Below, piece after piece: positions 39,562 through 51,045 of a DNA stretch of 64,000 nucleotides. The stretch's first letter is position 1. The number at the start of each line of letters is the position of its first letter. Made by a program: the position numbers and the translations under genes. Under the pieces are notes generated by a model that was not told the origin of the DNA, made no database searches, and saw nothing but the letters and a program-made list of their open reading frames with translations. Source of the stretch: Nitrosomonas sp. (GTDB lineage Bacteria > Pseudomonadota > Gammaproteobacteria > Burkholderiales > Nitrosomonadaceae); the NCBI RefSeq assembly GCF_019752095.1, contig NZ_JAIEMO010000030.1, positions 1,144-65,143 on the forward strand. Reading direction: 5' to 3'.

Positions 39562-39700
39562 CAGGCCGTTGAAAAACGTTTTTGAAGCAGCTGATGCAAG
39601 GCAAAAACAGGAGAAAAGCGTCGTTTATGCATAATGAATGAGCATCTTGACCCTGTTTTTAACACCGCAGCAGCAATGCAGATAGTTTTTCAACGGCCTG
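39562..39700. mobile_element. 139-bp MITE with 16-bp terminal inverted repeats and TTAG target duplication
   Basis: CAGGCCGTTGAAAAAC (39562-39577) / GTTTTTCAACGGCCTG (39685-39700); TTAG at 39558-39561 and 39701-39704; no ORF. Confidence 0.85.
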
Positions 39701-40086
39701 TTAGGCATGTTTCTTTATTGCGAAATACCGCCATAAGTATCGTCATTTCTCCTGTTTACCATCCTGTGCGTATTTTATAATACCAAATAAAGTAGGGTTA
39801 ATCAGATGGTCTTTCGGTTACTACTGCTCAAAAATAACGTTTAGATATTTCTTTTCGGGGTAGGAAAATTGGTTTTCTATTTGTAAGGTTATTAAGAAAA
39901 ATACTCAGAGCCCCGTAGTTATATATACAGCAGATGAGTTTAGTCTGGATATTTAGTATCAAAAAAGGATTCAAGTGACTGTGAGTAATCAAGTGACAAA
40001 CTTGAAATTTATTGTAATCGGTTAATTTGAGATCATTAGGCTTATGTTATTGCTTATATTTATGCTGCTAGAGTTTCGGTCGGGTA

Positions 40087-42015
40087 ATGGTAGGGAGCGG
40101 TAATATGAATCAATTTGCTAATGCTAGTCCATCCGTGATCGCTCGTGAGACATTAAAGCAGCTTGCGATACTCAAAATACAACCTACTCCCGAAAATTAT
40201 CTTAGGCTATACAATAAAATCGCAGGTAATCCAGATAATAATTTATCTGGCATTACTGCAAAAATGCTCCTCGAACTGGCGAAAGAATTTCCATGTCACA
40301 CGCCGAATCTACTTAATTGTGCTAATAACTTAGAGCAGGCTGTCAAAGATAACAACTGGCATAGTTATAAATCTGTATTGATAAAATGTGTTGCGACTGT
40401 AACGGGTTCTACCACGACTGCTTCACCGATTGATACTGCGCAATCTATACCTGGAGCATCCTGGGTAAAAGTTATTAACAGCTTATTCGATGATGTCGTT
40501 AGTTCGGGAAAATTTTCTGAGAGCGCAAATAAAAGAAAAAAATTAAAACAAGTGCTAGTTAAATTTTCTGGCAGTCCTGAACTTATCTATAGTGAATTAA
40601 TGGCACTAGTTCAGTCATGGAAAGCTTCGAATTCGGCTTCTCGCGAGTCGGAAGATAATATAGAAAATATATCGATATCAGCATTAGGTGCAAATTCTTC
40701 TATGCAAGAATCACATTTCAAAGAAGATATTCTGGCGCAAGAATATGAAATCAGCAGCTATACAGATCAGTTATTAGAATTGCTGGCACAAATTCTAGAA
40801 CAAATTATTGCTAATCAGGTTGCAGATAAAGTTCTGGCAGACGAAGCTAGGTCTTTAGGTAGGCAGGTTAAAAAGATTCAAAGCAAGCTAGCAATGGAGC
40901 AGTTTATCGCCAGCTTTCGGAAATTTTGTATTAGGCTAGAATTGGGTAATGGAGATAAAACGAATATACAGCAGGGCTTGGTTAATTTATTAAACATGCT
41001 GATGGATAGTACAAGCGAATTATTGTCGGAAGATCAATGGATTAAAACGCAGGTTTCCAAGCTGAAGAAAGTCATGTCTAAGCCATTGGATATGCAGATA
41101 ATAGTGCAAGCTGAATTTTCGCTCGAAAAAATAATACAGAGACAAGCCAAAGTAAAGCAAAGCCTGAACAAGACAAGGGAAACCATGCGGCAAATGGTAG
41201 CCTCACTAATTTCCAATCTTGAGGAACTTTCAGATGCCACGGGTGGGTATCATGAGAAATTAGAATGTTATTCCGAAAGAATCAGTAAAGCTAATAATAT
41301 TGAAGATATAAATCAATTGCTTACTGAGATAATGCAAGAAACTCAGAAAGTGCAAAATAATGTGCTTAACCATCGCAATGATTTGGCATTTGTGCGTGCA
41401 GAAATTGACGAAGCACAAAATCAAATCAATCAGCTTGAAATACAATTGCAGGAAATGAGCGAACAAGTGCAAGAAGATCATCTCACAGGTGCACTGAATC
41501 GACGAGGGTTAGATACTGCATTTAAACGTGAGGTTGCACAGTTAACTCGCAGCGAGGGAACACTCTGCTTTGCTTTATTGGATATTGATAATTTTAAGCA
41601 GTTAAACGATACGCATGGGCATCATGTGGGTGATGACGCGTTGAAATACTTGGTTGAAGCAGTCAAAGAAACTGTGCGCCGGGATGACGTAATATCACGC
41701 TATGGTGGGGAGGAATTTGCAATTTTGTTACCTAATTCCGGGTTAAAAACGGCGATATCAACGGTTGCAAGGATACGGCGCTATTTAACCAAGAAATTCT
41801 TTCTGCATGGAAATGATCGATTGTTGATTACATTTAGCGCTGGTGTTGCGCAATTGCAGCCGGGTGAATCGCAAGATAGCTTGTTCAAGCGAGCTGACGA
41901 AGCGTTATATTTTGCTAAAAGAAATGGCAAAAATCAGATTGTTGCAGCCGAAGAGACTGTCACCGCCGCTGAAGATTGTAAAAGCCAGAATAAAGATCCA
42001 GTTAGCACTGTTTGA
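40087..42015 (+). CDS. Cytoplasmic diguanylate cyclase with long helical N-terminus
   Basis: DHLTGALNRR, DIDNFKQLND, RRDD I-site, GGEEF and ADEALYFAK. Confidence 0.9.
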   Translation: MVGSGNMNQFANASPSVIARETLKQLAILKIQPTPENYLRLYNKIAGNPDNNLSGITAKMLLELAKEFPCHTPNLLNCANNLEQAVKDNNWHSYKSVLIKCVATVTGSTTTASPIDTAQSIPGASWVKVINSLFDDVVSSGKFSESANKRKKLKQVLVKFSGSPELIYSELMALVQSWKASNSASRESEDNIENISISALGANSSMQESHFKEDILAQEYEISSYTDQLLELLAQILEQIIANQVADKVLADEARSLGRQVKKIQSKLAMEQFIASFRKFCIRLELGNGDKTNIQQGLVNLLNMLMDSTSELLSEDQWIKTQVSKLKKVMSKPLDMQIIVQAEFSLEKIIQRQAKVKQSLNKTRETMRQMVASLISNLEELSDATGGYHEKLECYSERISKANNIEDINQLLTEIMQETQKVQNNVLNHRNDLAFVRAEIDEAQNQINQLEIQLQEMSEQVQEDHLTGALNRRGLDTAFKREVAQLTRSEGTLCFALLDIDNFKQLNDTHGHHVGDDALKYLVEAVKETVRRDDVISRYGGEEFAILLPNSGLKTAISTVARIRRYLTKKFFLHGNDRLLITFSAGVAQLQPGESQDSLFKRADEALYFAKRNGKNQIVAAEETVTAAEDCKSQNKDPVSTV

Positions 42016-42065
42016 TCTAATGTGATTACGGAAATCGCTAGGGCTAAATATCAGTAGGCCGTACA

Positions 42066-43643
42066 TCACCTGCCTTGCTTGTGCGCCAATGTTATTTTCT
42101 TCACTCTTATTGATTCGTTTTGGGAAGTCCACTTATTGAGCAGCAATCGCGCCACACCGATAACTTCCGATGCAACCATTCCTAGCGGCCCATAATTTTG
42201 CTGTAATAGATGATCTGCTGCTGCGCCATGCAAGTAGACAGCAAGCAATAGTGCCTGATCAGGATTTAAACCTTGTGCGATCAGTGCGCCAATAAATCCG
42301 GCTAATACATCGCCAGTGCCGGCGGTACTCAACCCAGGGTTGCCGCTGGTGTTCATATAACACTTTCCATCCGGGAAACAACAAATGCTGCCAGCGCCTT
42401 TCAACACGGTATAACAATTGAAGTGTCGTGAGATTTGATTCGCGGCATGCATGCGATCATTTTGCACGGTCGCAGTATCGGTATTCAAAAGTCGTGCAGC
42501 TTCGGCAGGATGTGGAGTCAGAATACTAAAAGCGCCGCGCTGGCTGAGTTTTTTGGCTAATTTTTGATGCTGTGCTATCAAGTTGAGTGCGTCGGCATCT
42601 ATCACGAGTACCGGTTTACTCTTTAATGCTTGTTCCAGACACGACAAGGCTTCCTTGGATTGCCCCAAACCGGGGCCGATGACTAGGCAATTCAAACGTT
42701 CCAGTGTGAATAGTTCGGAAGGGTAGCGTAACATCAATTCCGGTTGTGAGAGATCGACCGGTGGTGCGTTCTCTGCTAGTAAACCGAGATAGACGCGCCC
42801 CGCGCCCAGATGCAATGCCGATCGGCCTGCCAGCAGTGCGGCGCCTATCATGCCGGTAGAGCCACCGAGAATCGCCACGTTACCGTATGAACCTTTATGG
42901 CTGTTGGTTGTGCGGAGTGGTGGCAGAAATGATTGCACAAAATTTTGATTTAATAGCCAGATATGCGGCTCGGGTGGTGAAAGTGGCTGGATATTCAGAT
43001 CGCGCAACACTATTTCGCCGCAGCATTCCGGCCCAAAGTTGGTGAACAGGCCGGGTTTCAGCCCAATAAATGTTACGGTAGTGCTGGCGCGGATTGCTGT
43101 GCCATAAATGCAGCCGTCATCGCTGCCCAGACCGGATGGAATGTCCAGCGATACAATGGGAACATTCATTTGATTCACTGTGTCCACCCATTCGCGATAC
43201 TTTCCTTCGATGGGTCGGCTTCGAGAATGATCCAGGCCGATGCCGAACAGGCCGTCAATTACCACATCCCAGCTTTGATTGCCGTCGGGTATGTCAGAAA
43301 GAATTTCACCGCCGATATCGGTCCAGGCTTGCATGGCTTGCTTGGCATCTGGTGGAACGCGATTGCGATCGCCGTTGAAAGCCACAGTAACCGCATTTCC
43401 CCATTCCATCAAATACCGCGCTACAACGAAAGCATCGCCGCCGTTATTGCCCGGGCCGGCGAGCACCAATGCGTGATAGCCGGGTTTTTTGTGTAATTGG
43501 TCGCGGACGATTTGTGCGGCGGCCAGGCCCGCTTTTTCCATTAACCGTGGAGGTTCGGGCAGCAGGGTGGCCAGATGTTCTATTTCGCGTATTTCTGCGG
43601 TAAGCCAAATCGGATCAGCAGTCATCATATTTTTCACACTCAC
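42066..43643 (-). CDS. nnr: Bifunctional NAD(P)H-hydrate epimerase/dehydratase
   Basis: GPGNNGGD, DGLFGIG, DIPSG, SHKGSYG, DADAL, TPHPAEAARLL and GTGDVLAG. Confidence 0.94.
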   Translation of the reverse strand: MSVKNMMTADPIWLTAEIREIEHLATLLPEPPRLMEKAGLAAAQIVRDQLHKKPGYHALVLAGPGNNGGDAFVVARYLMEWGNAVTVAFNGDRNRVPPDAKQAMQAWTDIGGEILSDIPDGNQSWDVVIDGLFGIGLDHSRSRPIEGKYREWVDTVNQMNVPIVSLDIPSGLGSDDGCIYGTAIRASTTVTFIGLKPGLFTNFGPECCGEIVLRDLNIQPLSPPEPHIWLLNQNFVQSFLPPLRTTNSHKGSYGNVAILGGSTGMIGAALLAGRSALHLGAGRVYLGLLAENAPPVDLSQPELMLRYPSELFTLERLNCLVIGPGLGQSKEALSCLEQALKSKPVLVIDADALNLIAQHQKLAKKLSQRGAFSILTPHPAEAARLLNTDTATVQNDRMHAANQISRHFNCYTVLKGAGSICCFPDGKCYMNTSGNPGLSTAGTGDVLAGFIGALIAQGLNPDQALLLAVYLHGAAADHLLQQNYGPLGMVASEVIGVARLLLNKWTSQNESIRVKKITLAHKQGR

Positions 43644-43714
43644 GGGATGATCAGCGATAAGTACATCTTCTCGTGTAAAATTGCAATCTTTAAATAATTG
43701 CTTTATTTTCTCTG

Positions 43715-46700
43715 ATGCTCCAATTTTGTGGTGGACGTGCCCTTTCTCCGTTTCGTCTGGAGAAATTACTCAATCAAATTAGAACCCTCAATCTGCCAGT
43801 AACAGCCATTCATACAGAATATTGGCATTTTTGCTCGGTGACGCGTAATTTGCACGATAATGAACTGAATGTGTTGAGAAAAATACTTAACTACAATCAG
43901 GTGCAGGAAAAGGAATACCATTCAGGCGAGTTTCTTTTAGTTTTGCCGCGTCCGGGCACAATTTCACCGTGGTCTACAAAAGCTACGGATATTGCCCAGC
44001 ATTGCGGTTTAACCGCTGTTGAACGTATTGAGCGCGGGATTGCGTATTATATCCAATGCAGCGCACAACTTTCGATTGATGATAAATCCCATCTCGTTTC
44101 TTTGCTGCATGACCGTATGACCGAAGCTGCGTTTTCTTCATTTGATGATGCCGCCAAACTATTCCAGCATTTTCCGCCGCAGTCACTCAACACGATTGAT
44201 GTGATGCACGGTGGTATTGAGGCTTTATTACAGGCAAATCAAAATATGGGATTGGCCCTGTCATTGGATGAGATTGAGTACTTGTTGAATCATTTTCAGC
44301 ACATGCAGCGCAATCCAACCGATGTCGAATTGATGATGTTCGCGCAGGCCAATTCCGAGCATTGTCGCCATAAAATATTCAACGCAGACTGGATTGTTGA
44401 TGGCAAGGTTCAGGATAAATCGCTGTTTGCTATGATACGCAACACGCATCAAAGTCATCCGCAAGGCACGCTGGTGGCATATGCCGACAATGCCAGCGTC
44501 ATTGAGGGAGCAAGAATAAAGCGCTTTTATCCGGATAGTCAGCGAGCATATGGTTACGCCGAGGAAAAAACGCACGTGTTGATGAAAGTCGAGACACACA
44601 ATCATCCGACTGCGATTTCACCGTTTCCAGGTGCTGCAACGGGTGTCGGCGGTGAAATTCGCGATGAAGGCGCAACGGGTCGGGGTGCAAAACCAAAAGC
44701 CGGATTATGCGGTTTCTCGGTATCCAATCTGAATATTCCGGAGTTTGTGCAACCGTGGGAGTACGATGGAACCGATAATCAAGCAACCTATGGTAAGCCC
44801 GGACGCATCGCATCAGCGTTACAGATTATGCTGGAAGGTCCGATTGGCGGGGCGGCATTCAACAATGAATTCGGACGCCCCAATTTAGCGGGTTATTTCC
44901 GCACTTTTGAAGAGCGCCTGGGCGGAGAAATGCGTGGTTATCACAAGCCAATCATGCTGGCGGGTGGCGTCGGCCAGATTTCAGATTTGCATGTGCGTAA
45001 GGAAAAATTCCCTGCAGGCTCTTTGCTGATTCAACTGGGTGGACCGAGTATGCTGATTGGTTTAGGTGGTGGTGCGGCTTCCAGCATGGATACCGGTAGC
45101 AATACCGAAGCATTGGATTTTGATTCGGTGCAACGCGGTAATCCGGAAATGCAACGGCGTGCGCAGGAAGTTATCGATCGCTGCTGGCAACTACAGCGAA
45201 GCGGTATCGAGAATCCGATTTTATTTATCCATGACGTAGGTGCGGGAGGCTTATCCAATGCGTTCCCAGAATTGGTGCATGACTCTGGCCGTGGTGGGCG
45301 TTTTAATTTGCAAAATGTTCCTTCCGAAGAAACCAGTTTGTCACCGATGCAGATTTGGAGCAATGAGGCACAGGAGCGCTACGTTCTGGCGATCAGACCA
45401 GAATCTTTGGCGTTGTTCCAAAGCATTTGCGAGCGCGAACGTTGCCCGTTCGCCGTAGTGGGTGAAGCCACAAACGACGAACAATTGGTGGTAATCGATG
45501 CGCAATCCCCTACGCTGCCAGTTGATATGCCGTTGCCGGTACTACTCGGCAAGCCGCCGAAAATGACACGCGATGTTGCTCATAATATCCGAATACTTCC
45601 GATACTTGATTGGCAGGGTGTGAATTTGACCGAAGCCGTCTATCGAGTGCTATGTTTGCCTGCGGTGGCCGATAAAACTTTTTTAATTACCATTGGCGAT
45701 CGCAGTGTCGGCGGCCTATCAGCGCGTGATCAGATGGTTGGTCCATGGCAAATCCCAGTTGCCGACGTTGCGGTGACCAGCATGGGGTATCAGACCTATT
45801 TGGGGGAGGCATTTGCCATTGGCGAACGCACGCCATTGGCTTTGATAGATTTCAAAGCGGCAGCGCGCATGGCGGTGGGTGAGGCGATTACAAATATCGC
45901 GGCGGCATCAATTGGCAAAATTGAAAAGATTAAATTGTCGGCCAATTGGATGGCCGCAGCCGGACATTCAGGTGAAGACGCCGGATTGTATGACGCAGTG
46001 CATACTGTTGGTATGGAATTGTGCCCACAACTGGGCATTAGCATACCGGTCGGAAAAGATTCGATGTCGATGAAAACTGCTTGGGAAGAATTGGGGTTGC
46101 GTAAGGAAGTTACGGCACCGTTATCGCTGATTATCACTGCTTTTGCAACAGTGAAGGACGTGCGCAAAACCCTGACACCACAATTACGCACCGATTGCGG
46201 CGACACTGAATTGATTCTGATTGATTTGGGGCAAGGTCAAAATCGACTTGGTGGTTCATCATTGGCGCAGGTGTATAAACAAGTTGGCAATATTGCGCCG
46301 AATATTGACGGCGAAACCGGCGCACAACGCATACGAAACTTTTTTAATGCGATTCAGAAGCTTAACGAAATGGATAAGCTGCTCGCATACCACGATCGTT
46401 CCGATGGCGGCTTATTCGTGGCATTATGCGAAATGGCTTTTGCCGGACATACTGGCTTGACCGTGAATCTGGATCAGTTGTGCTTTGATCCGCACAGCTG
46501 TGATATCGATGGATCGGAATTGCGACCTGAGCAATTGGGAGGGCGTTTCCTAGAACACCTTTTTGCGGTACTTTTCAATGAAGAACTGGGTGCTGTGATT
46601 CAAATTGCAGCCGCACAGCACCGTGAGGTGCTGCAGGTGTTAACCGAAGCTGGGTTGCGGGATGTCAGTTTCATCATCGGCCACTTGAATAAAATCGATG

Positions 46701-47701
46701 AAGTCCGCTTGATGCGCAATAACAAGCCGGTGTTGGCGGAGAAACGAGTGGATTTGCAACGTGCCTGGTCGGAGACCACGTATCAGATGCAAAAGCTGCG
46801 TGATAATCCAACTTGTGCGCAACAGGAATATGACCGGATTCTTAATGTGGATGACCCAGGATTGCAGGTTACATTAAGTTATGCTGTTGGTGACGATATC
46901 GCTGCGCCTTTCGTTCAAACGGGAGTGCGTCCACGTATAGCGATATTGCGTGAGCAAGGGGTGAATGGGCATGTGGAAATGGCGGCGGCTTTCGATCGCG
47001 CTGGTTTTGCTGCGGTCGATGTGCATATGAGCGATATCCTGTCAGATCGATTGTCATTAAAAGATTTTATGGGATTGGCTGCATGTGGCGGATTTTCCTA
47101 TGGTGATGTGCTGGGGGCGGGTGAAGGCTGGGCTAAATCAATTTTGTTCAATCCACGCGCACGTGAAGAATTCGAAGCATTTTTTCAGCGCAGCGATACA
47201 TTTGCACTCGGTGTGTGCAATGGTTGCCAAATGATGAGCAATCTGCATGAGATCATACCAGGAACAGAGCATTGGCCACGCTTCAGACGCAATCTGTCGG
47301 AGCAATTTGAGGCGCGCTTTGTTATGGTGGAGGTACAACCCAGTCCATCGCTATTTTTTGATGGCATGGCCGGAAGCCGGATGCCGATCACGGTGGCGCA
47401 TGGTGAAGGTAAGGTGGAGTTTTTCGGTCAGTCTGAAAATGTTGCATCCTTAGTGACCCTGCGATTTGTGGATAACCACGGGCAAGTAACCGAGCAGTAT
47501 CCTGATAATCCGAATGGATCGCTCCAAGGCATCACCGGATTGACTACCTCGGATGGGCGTTTTAATGTGTTGATGCCGCATCCGGAACGGGTATTTCGAG
47601 TGACGCAACATTCCTGGTATCCTGATACTCGCTCTGGTAGGGTGGAGGAGGATGGACCTTGGATGCGTTTGTTTCGAAATGCACGTAAATGGGTTGGATG
47701 A
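43715..47701 (+). CDS. purL: Phosphoribosylformylglycinamidine synthase (large type)
   Basis: [36 protein letters not shown] and MPHPER. Confidence 0.98.
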   Translation: MLQFCGGRALSPFRLEKLLNQIRTLNLPVTAIHTEYWHFCSVTRNLHDNELNVLRKILNYNQVQEKEYHSGEFLLVLPRPGTISPWSTKATDIAQHCGLTAVERIERGIAYYIQCSAQLSIDDKSHLVSLLHDRMTEAAFSSFDDAAKLFQHFPPQSLNTIDVMHGGIEALLQANQNMGLALSLDEIEYLLNHFQHMQRNPTDVELMMFAQANSEHCRHKIFNADWIVDGKVQDKSLFAMIRNTHQSHPQGTLVAYADNASVIEGARIKRFYPDSQRAYGYAEEKTHVLMKVETHNHPTAISPFPGAATGVGGEIRDEGATGRGAKPKAGLCGFSVSNLNIPEFVQPWEYDGTDNQATYGKPGRIASALQIMLEGPIGGAAFNNEFGRPNLAGYFRTFEERLGGEMRGYHKPIMLAGGVGQISDLHVRKEKFPAGSLLIQLGGPSMLIGLGGGAASSMDTGSNTEALDFDSVQRGNPEMQRRAQEVIDRCWQLQRSGIENPILFIHDVGAGGLSNAFPELVHDSGRGGRFNLQNVPSEETSLSPMQIWSNEAQERYVLAIRPESLALFQSICERERCPFAVVGEATNDEQLVVIDAQSPTLPVDMPLPVLLGKPPKMTRDVAHNIRILPILDWQGVNLTEAVYRVLCLPAVADKTFLITIGDRSVGGLSARDQMVGPWQIPVADVAVTSMGYQTYLGEAFAIGERTPLALIDFKAAARMAVGEAITNIAAASIGKIEKIKLSANWMAAAGHSGEDAGLYDAVHTVGMELCPQLGISIPVGKDSMSMKTAWEELGLRKEVTAPLSLIITAFATVKDVRKTLTPQLRTDCGDTELILIDLGQGQNRLGGSSLAQVYKQVGNIAPNIDGETGAQRIRNFFNAIQKLNEMDKLLAYHDRSDGGLFVALCEMAFAGHTGLTVNLDQLCFDPHSCDIDGSELRPEQLGGRFLEHLFAVLFNEELGAVIQIAAAQHREVLQVLTEAGLRDVSFIIGHLNKIDEVRLMRNNKPVLAEKRVDLQRAWSETTYQMQKLRDNPTCAQQEYDRILNVDDPGLQVTLSYAVGDDIAAPFVQTGVRPRIAILREQGVNGHVEMAAAFDRAGFAAVDVHMSDILSDRLSLKDFMGLAACGGFSYGDVLGAGEGWAKSILFNPRAREEFEAFFQRSDTFALGVCNGCQMMSNLHEIIPGTEHWPRFRRNLSEQFEARFVMVEVQPSPSLFFDGMAGSRMPITVAHGEGKVEFFGQSENVASLVTLRFVDNHGQVTEQYPDNPNGSLQGITGLTTSDGRFNVLMPHPERVFRVTQHSWYPDTRSGRVEEDGPWMRLFRNARKWVG

Positions 47702-47742
47702 CCCTCTGATTTTATGAATCTGTTAACAGGACAATCAAAGAA

Positions 47743-48975
47743 ATGACAAATTTTAATGTAAACCGCTGTAGCAGAATTATTAGCGTGACCTTTTTGCTGC
47801 TGAGTCTATGCGTAAATACCGCATTGGCAAACGCCATTACTCCAGCAAAAAAACCGGTACCAAAAGATTGCGTGCCATTGGGGGATTGGGTAGTTCCAGG
47901 TTTGGGTAAAACCTCACAACAGGAAATAATCGCACGTGCAGTGAAGGCTGCGGTGGTGCTGTTGGGGGAAACGCATGTCAATGCGGATCATCATCGTTGG
48001 CAGTTGCAAACATTGGTGGCTTTACACGCCGTGCGCCCCAATATGGTGATCGGATTCGAGATGTTTCCACGTCGAGTGCAAGCAGCGTTGGATAAATGGA
48101 TTGCCGGTGAACTGGGTGAAAAGGAATTCCTTCGTGCAGCTGAGTGGGATCGGGTTTGGAATACGGATGCCAATCTATATTTACCTCTGTTTCATTTTGC
48201 GCGGATGAATCGTATCCCAATGCTCGCATTGAATATTGAAACAAAATTGCGCCATCAAGTGGCAGAAAAGGGCTTTTATGGCGTTCCATTGGAAGAACGA
48301 GAAGGGGTGACGCGTCCGGCGGAACCAAGTCAGGCGTATATGGATTTTTTACTGCCGATTTACAAGCAACATGACCGCAAAGACAAGAAAGCAGGCGAAA
48401 TCACGCAAGATGATCCGGATTTCCGTCGTTTTATCGGTGGGCAACAATTATGGGATCGTGCCATGGCCCAGGTACTGCAACAAGCCACAATAGAATCTAC
48501 CGATCCGGAGAAACCGCTGGTTGTGGGGGTTATGGGTGCGGGCCATGTGCTGCATGGTTTTGGTGTGACGCATCAACTACATGACCTAGGTGTCCAGAAT
48601 GTTATTGCATTGTTACCGTGGGATAGCAGTAAATCCTGTAAGCAGTTAGTTGAAGGTGTTGCCGACGCCGTTTTTGGCGTGTTGCCGCATGTTTCTGAGT
48701 CTTTCAGGCCGCAATTTCAGCGCTTGGGAATACGCTACGAAATGGGCCGGGGCGGAGCAGTAGTGCTGCAAGTCGAGAAAAACAGCATTGCTGAAGCTGC
48801 GGAGCTCATGGCTTCGGATGTGATTCTGGAAATGGCCGGTGTGCCGATCAAAGCTACCGAAGACGTTATCAATGTTGTAAAACGGCAAGCGTCCGGAACC
48901 TGGTTGCCGATCAAAATCAAACGGGATGGTATAGAAATGCTAGTCATTGCAAAATTTCCTGCTTTGAATCTTTAA
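47743..48975 (+). CDS. ChaN-family (EreA-like fold) periplasmic protein with C-terminal PDZ domain
   Basis: VLLGETH...HHRWQ, IGFEMF, QQLWDRAMA and G.MGAGH; PDZ-like tail (V..NSIAEAAEL..SDVI). Confidence 0.8.
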   Translation: MTNFNVNRCSRIISVTFLLLSLCVNTALANAITPAKKPVPKDCVPLGDWVVPGLGKTSQQEIIARAVKAAVVLLGETHVNADHHRWQLQTLVALHAVRPNMVIGFEMFPRRVQAALDKWIAGELGEKEFLRAAEWDRVWNTDANLYLPLFHFARMNRIPMLALNIETKLRHQVAEKGFYGVPLEEREGVTRPAEPSQAYMDFLLPIYKQHDRKDKKAGEITQDDPDFRRFIGGQQLWDRAMAQVLQQATIESTDPEKPLVVGVMGAGHVLHGFGVTHQLHDLGVQNVIALLPWDSSKSCKQLVEGVADAVFGVLPHVSESFRPQFQRLGIRYEMGRGGAVVLQVEKNSIAEAAELMASDVILEMAGVPIKATEDVINVVKRQASGTWLPIKIKRDGIEMLVIAKFPALNL

Positions 48976-48993
48976 TTATTTTTATTTCAATCT

Positions 48994-51033
48994 ATGACAG
49001 TTGATAGTTTAATTAAAAGTTGCTTTTTACTTCTGTTTGCTTACTTTGTGTCAGGACAGGTATTGTCGATGCCTGCACCGATGAATTTTAATGACGTCGA
49101 GTACGATATCACGGTAAAAATTGACCCTGTAAATCGTACCATCGTAGGAAAAAGCCTTGTTACCGTACACAATCCAAGAGAGTTGCAACTGATGCTGGGA
49201 GCGGCTTATGAAGTGACTCAGGCAGAATTTAATGATGGACCATTGGGCATTGGCCGTGAGCAAGCCAATCAAGCGCATATTTGGAACATTCCGGTTCATT
49301 TCAGGAACCAAATCCAGTTTCTGATACAGTGGAAAGGGACATTGACTGCACTGGATGCTTCTCTGGATCATCAGCAGACATTAGGCAGGCCAGTCGCGGT
49401 AAGTGGCGAATCCGGTTCATTCTTGCCGGATGGATCTAATTGGTATCCGCGCATAGTTGGGCATTTGGCGCGATATAAGGTCAGCATCGAACTGCCGGCC
49501 GGTCAGAAAGGCCTAGTGGCGGGCCGATTGGTGGAAGAAAGTGAATCGGAGCAAGGTTATCTCGCTTCTTTTGAGTTCTCTCATCCAGCCGAAGGGATTG
49601 ATCTGATGACCGGACCGTATGTGATTGAAACACAGGCACACCAGAGCATTAACCATAAGCCGATTCAACTACGCACCTATTTTCATCCGCAAGTTAGTAA
49701 TTTATCAAAAGATTATCTGGATGCGGTGAAACGCTATTTGAACCTCTACGAATCCTGGATCGGCGAATATCCCTATACTGAATTCAGCGTGGTTTCTAGC
49801 CCTACGCCAACCGGATTTGGCATGCCTACATTGACTTATCTTGGCATTGATGTGTTGCGATTGCCGTTTATCCGTGATACTTCGCTCGGTCACGAAGTGT
49901 TGCACAATTGGTGGGGTAATGGGGTTTATCCGGATTACTCAAGCGGCAACTGGTCGGAAGGATTGACCACGTTTATGGCCGATTATACTTATAAAGAACA
50001 GGAAAGCAGCGAAGCTGCACGTGAAATGAGATTAGGGTGGGTACGTGACTTTGCCGCATTGCGACCAGGTCAGGATGCACCATTGACAGCGTTTATTTCA
50101 CGTACGCATGGCGCATCCAAAATTGTCGGATATAACAAAGCTGCCATGTTTTTCTTTATGCTGCGGGATCATCTAGGTGACATGGTTTTTCAGCGCGGTA
50201 TCCAGGGGATCTGGAAAGTGCAGCGCTTTAGAATTACTTCGTGGCAAGAGTTGCAGAAAATATTTGAGATGGTCTCAGGGCAAAATCTGCAACCATTCTT
50301 TTCTCAATGGCTGGAACGCACCGGCGCACCGGCTATCACGATCAGTGAAGTAAAAAATATTGCAACAGATTCCGGCTATGAATTATCAATTACTCTGGAA
50401 CAATCCAAACCAGCGTATCAATTACGCATCCCGGTAGCAATTGAAAACCCGCAGAGCACCACAACACATATACTTGATTTGCAAAAAGAACGGCAGATTT
50501 TTACGCTGAAATTAATGGACAAGCCGTTATCGGTTTCGCTTGATCCGGATTTGCGCCTGTTTCGTCAGCTGGCGCCTGGTGAAGCGCCACCGATCCTGCG
50601 TGAGGCAATGGTTAACGCCACTACGCAGACAGTTTTATTATCCGCTAAAGCCGAGATTCGTAAAATTGCTGAAATTCTTGCGGATAAATTGCAAGGCCGC
50701 AAAGCACGAATCGCTGCGCTGAGTGAACCACTTTCCACAGCACCTACGCTGGTTATCGGCCTGAAATCGGAAGTTGATGCTTGGCTTGCTGCTAACCAAC
50801 TGCCCGCCAGACCGGATGAAATCAACAACAAAGGTACTGCGCAAGTCTGGACTTTAGTTCGTGATGAAGAAGCATCATTGGCGGTTATCTCCGCTCAAGA
50901 TGCTGCATCACTCGAAGCCCTGCTCCGACCGCTACCACATTACGGACGACAAAGTTATCTTGTGTTTGATGGCCGACAAGTGATAGAGAAAGGTGTTTGG
51001 CCCATACAGGTGCAAACGGTAGTAGTTGAATAA
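48994..51033 (+). CDS. M1-family (gluzincin) aminopeptidase-like protein, exported
   Basis: HEVLHNWW...WSEGL zinc motif, YNKAAMFF and C-terminal LPHYGRQSYLVF; signal peptide. Confidence 0.87.
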   Translation: MTVDSLIKSCFLLLFAYFVSGQVLSMPAPMNFNDVEYDITVKIDPVNRTIVGKSLVTVHNPRELQLMLGAAYEVTQAEFNDGPLGIGREQANQAHIWNIPVHFRNQIQFLIQWKGTLTALDASLDHQQTLGRPVAVSGESGSFLPDGSNWYPRIVGHLARYKVSIELPAGQKGLVAGRLVEESESEQGYLASFEFSHPAEGIDLMTGPYVIETQAHQSINHKPIQLRTYFHPQVSNLSKDYLDAVKRYLNLYESWIGEYPYTEFSVVSSPTPTGFGMPTLTYLGIDVLRLPFIRDTSLGHEVLHNWWGNGVYPDYSSGNWSEGLTTFMADYTYKEQESSEAAREMRLGWVRDFAALRPGQDAPLTAFISRTHGASKIVGYNKAAMFFFMLRDHLGDMVFQRGIQGIWKVQRFRITSWQELQKIFEMVSGQNLQPFFSQWLERTGAPAITISEVKNIATDSGYELSITLEQSKPAYQLRIPVAIENPQSTTTHILDLQKERQIFTLKLMDKPLSVSLDPDLRLFRQLAPGEAPPILREAMVNATTQTVLLSAKAEIRKIAEILADKLQGRKARIAALSEPLSTAPTLVIGLKSEVDAWLAANQLPARPDEINNKGTAQVWTLVRDEEASLAVISAQDAASLEALLRPLPHYGRQSYLVFDGRQVIEKGVWPIQVQTVVVE

Positions 51034-51045
51034 TAAGTAAGATTT

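Noticed and set aside
39915-39930. LexA box upstream of the diguanylate cyclase
   Set aside because: Only one CTGT half-site matches (CTGT-ATATATAA-CTAC on the minus strand).
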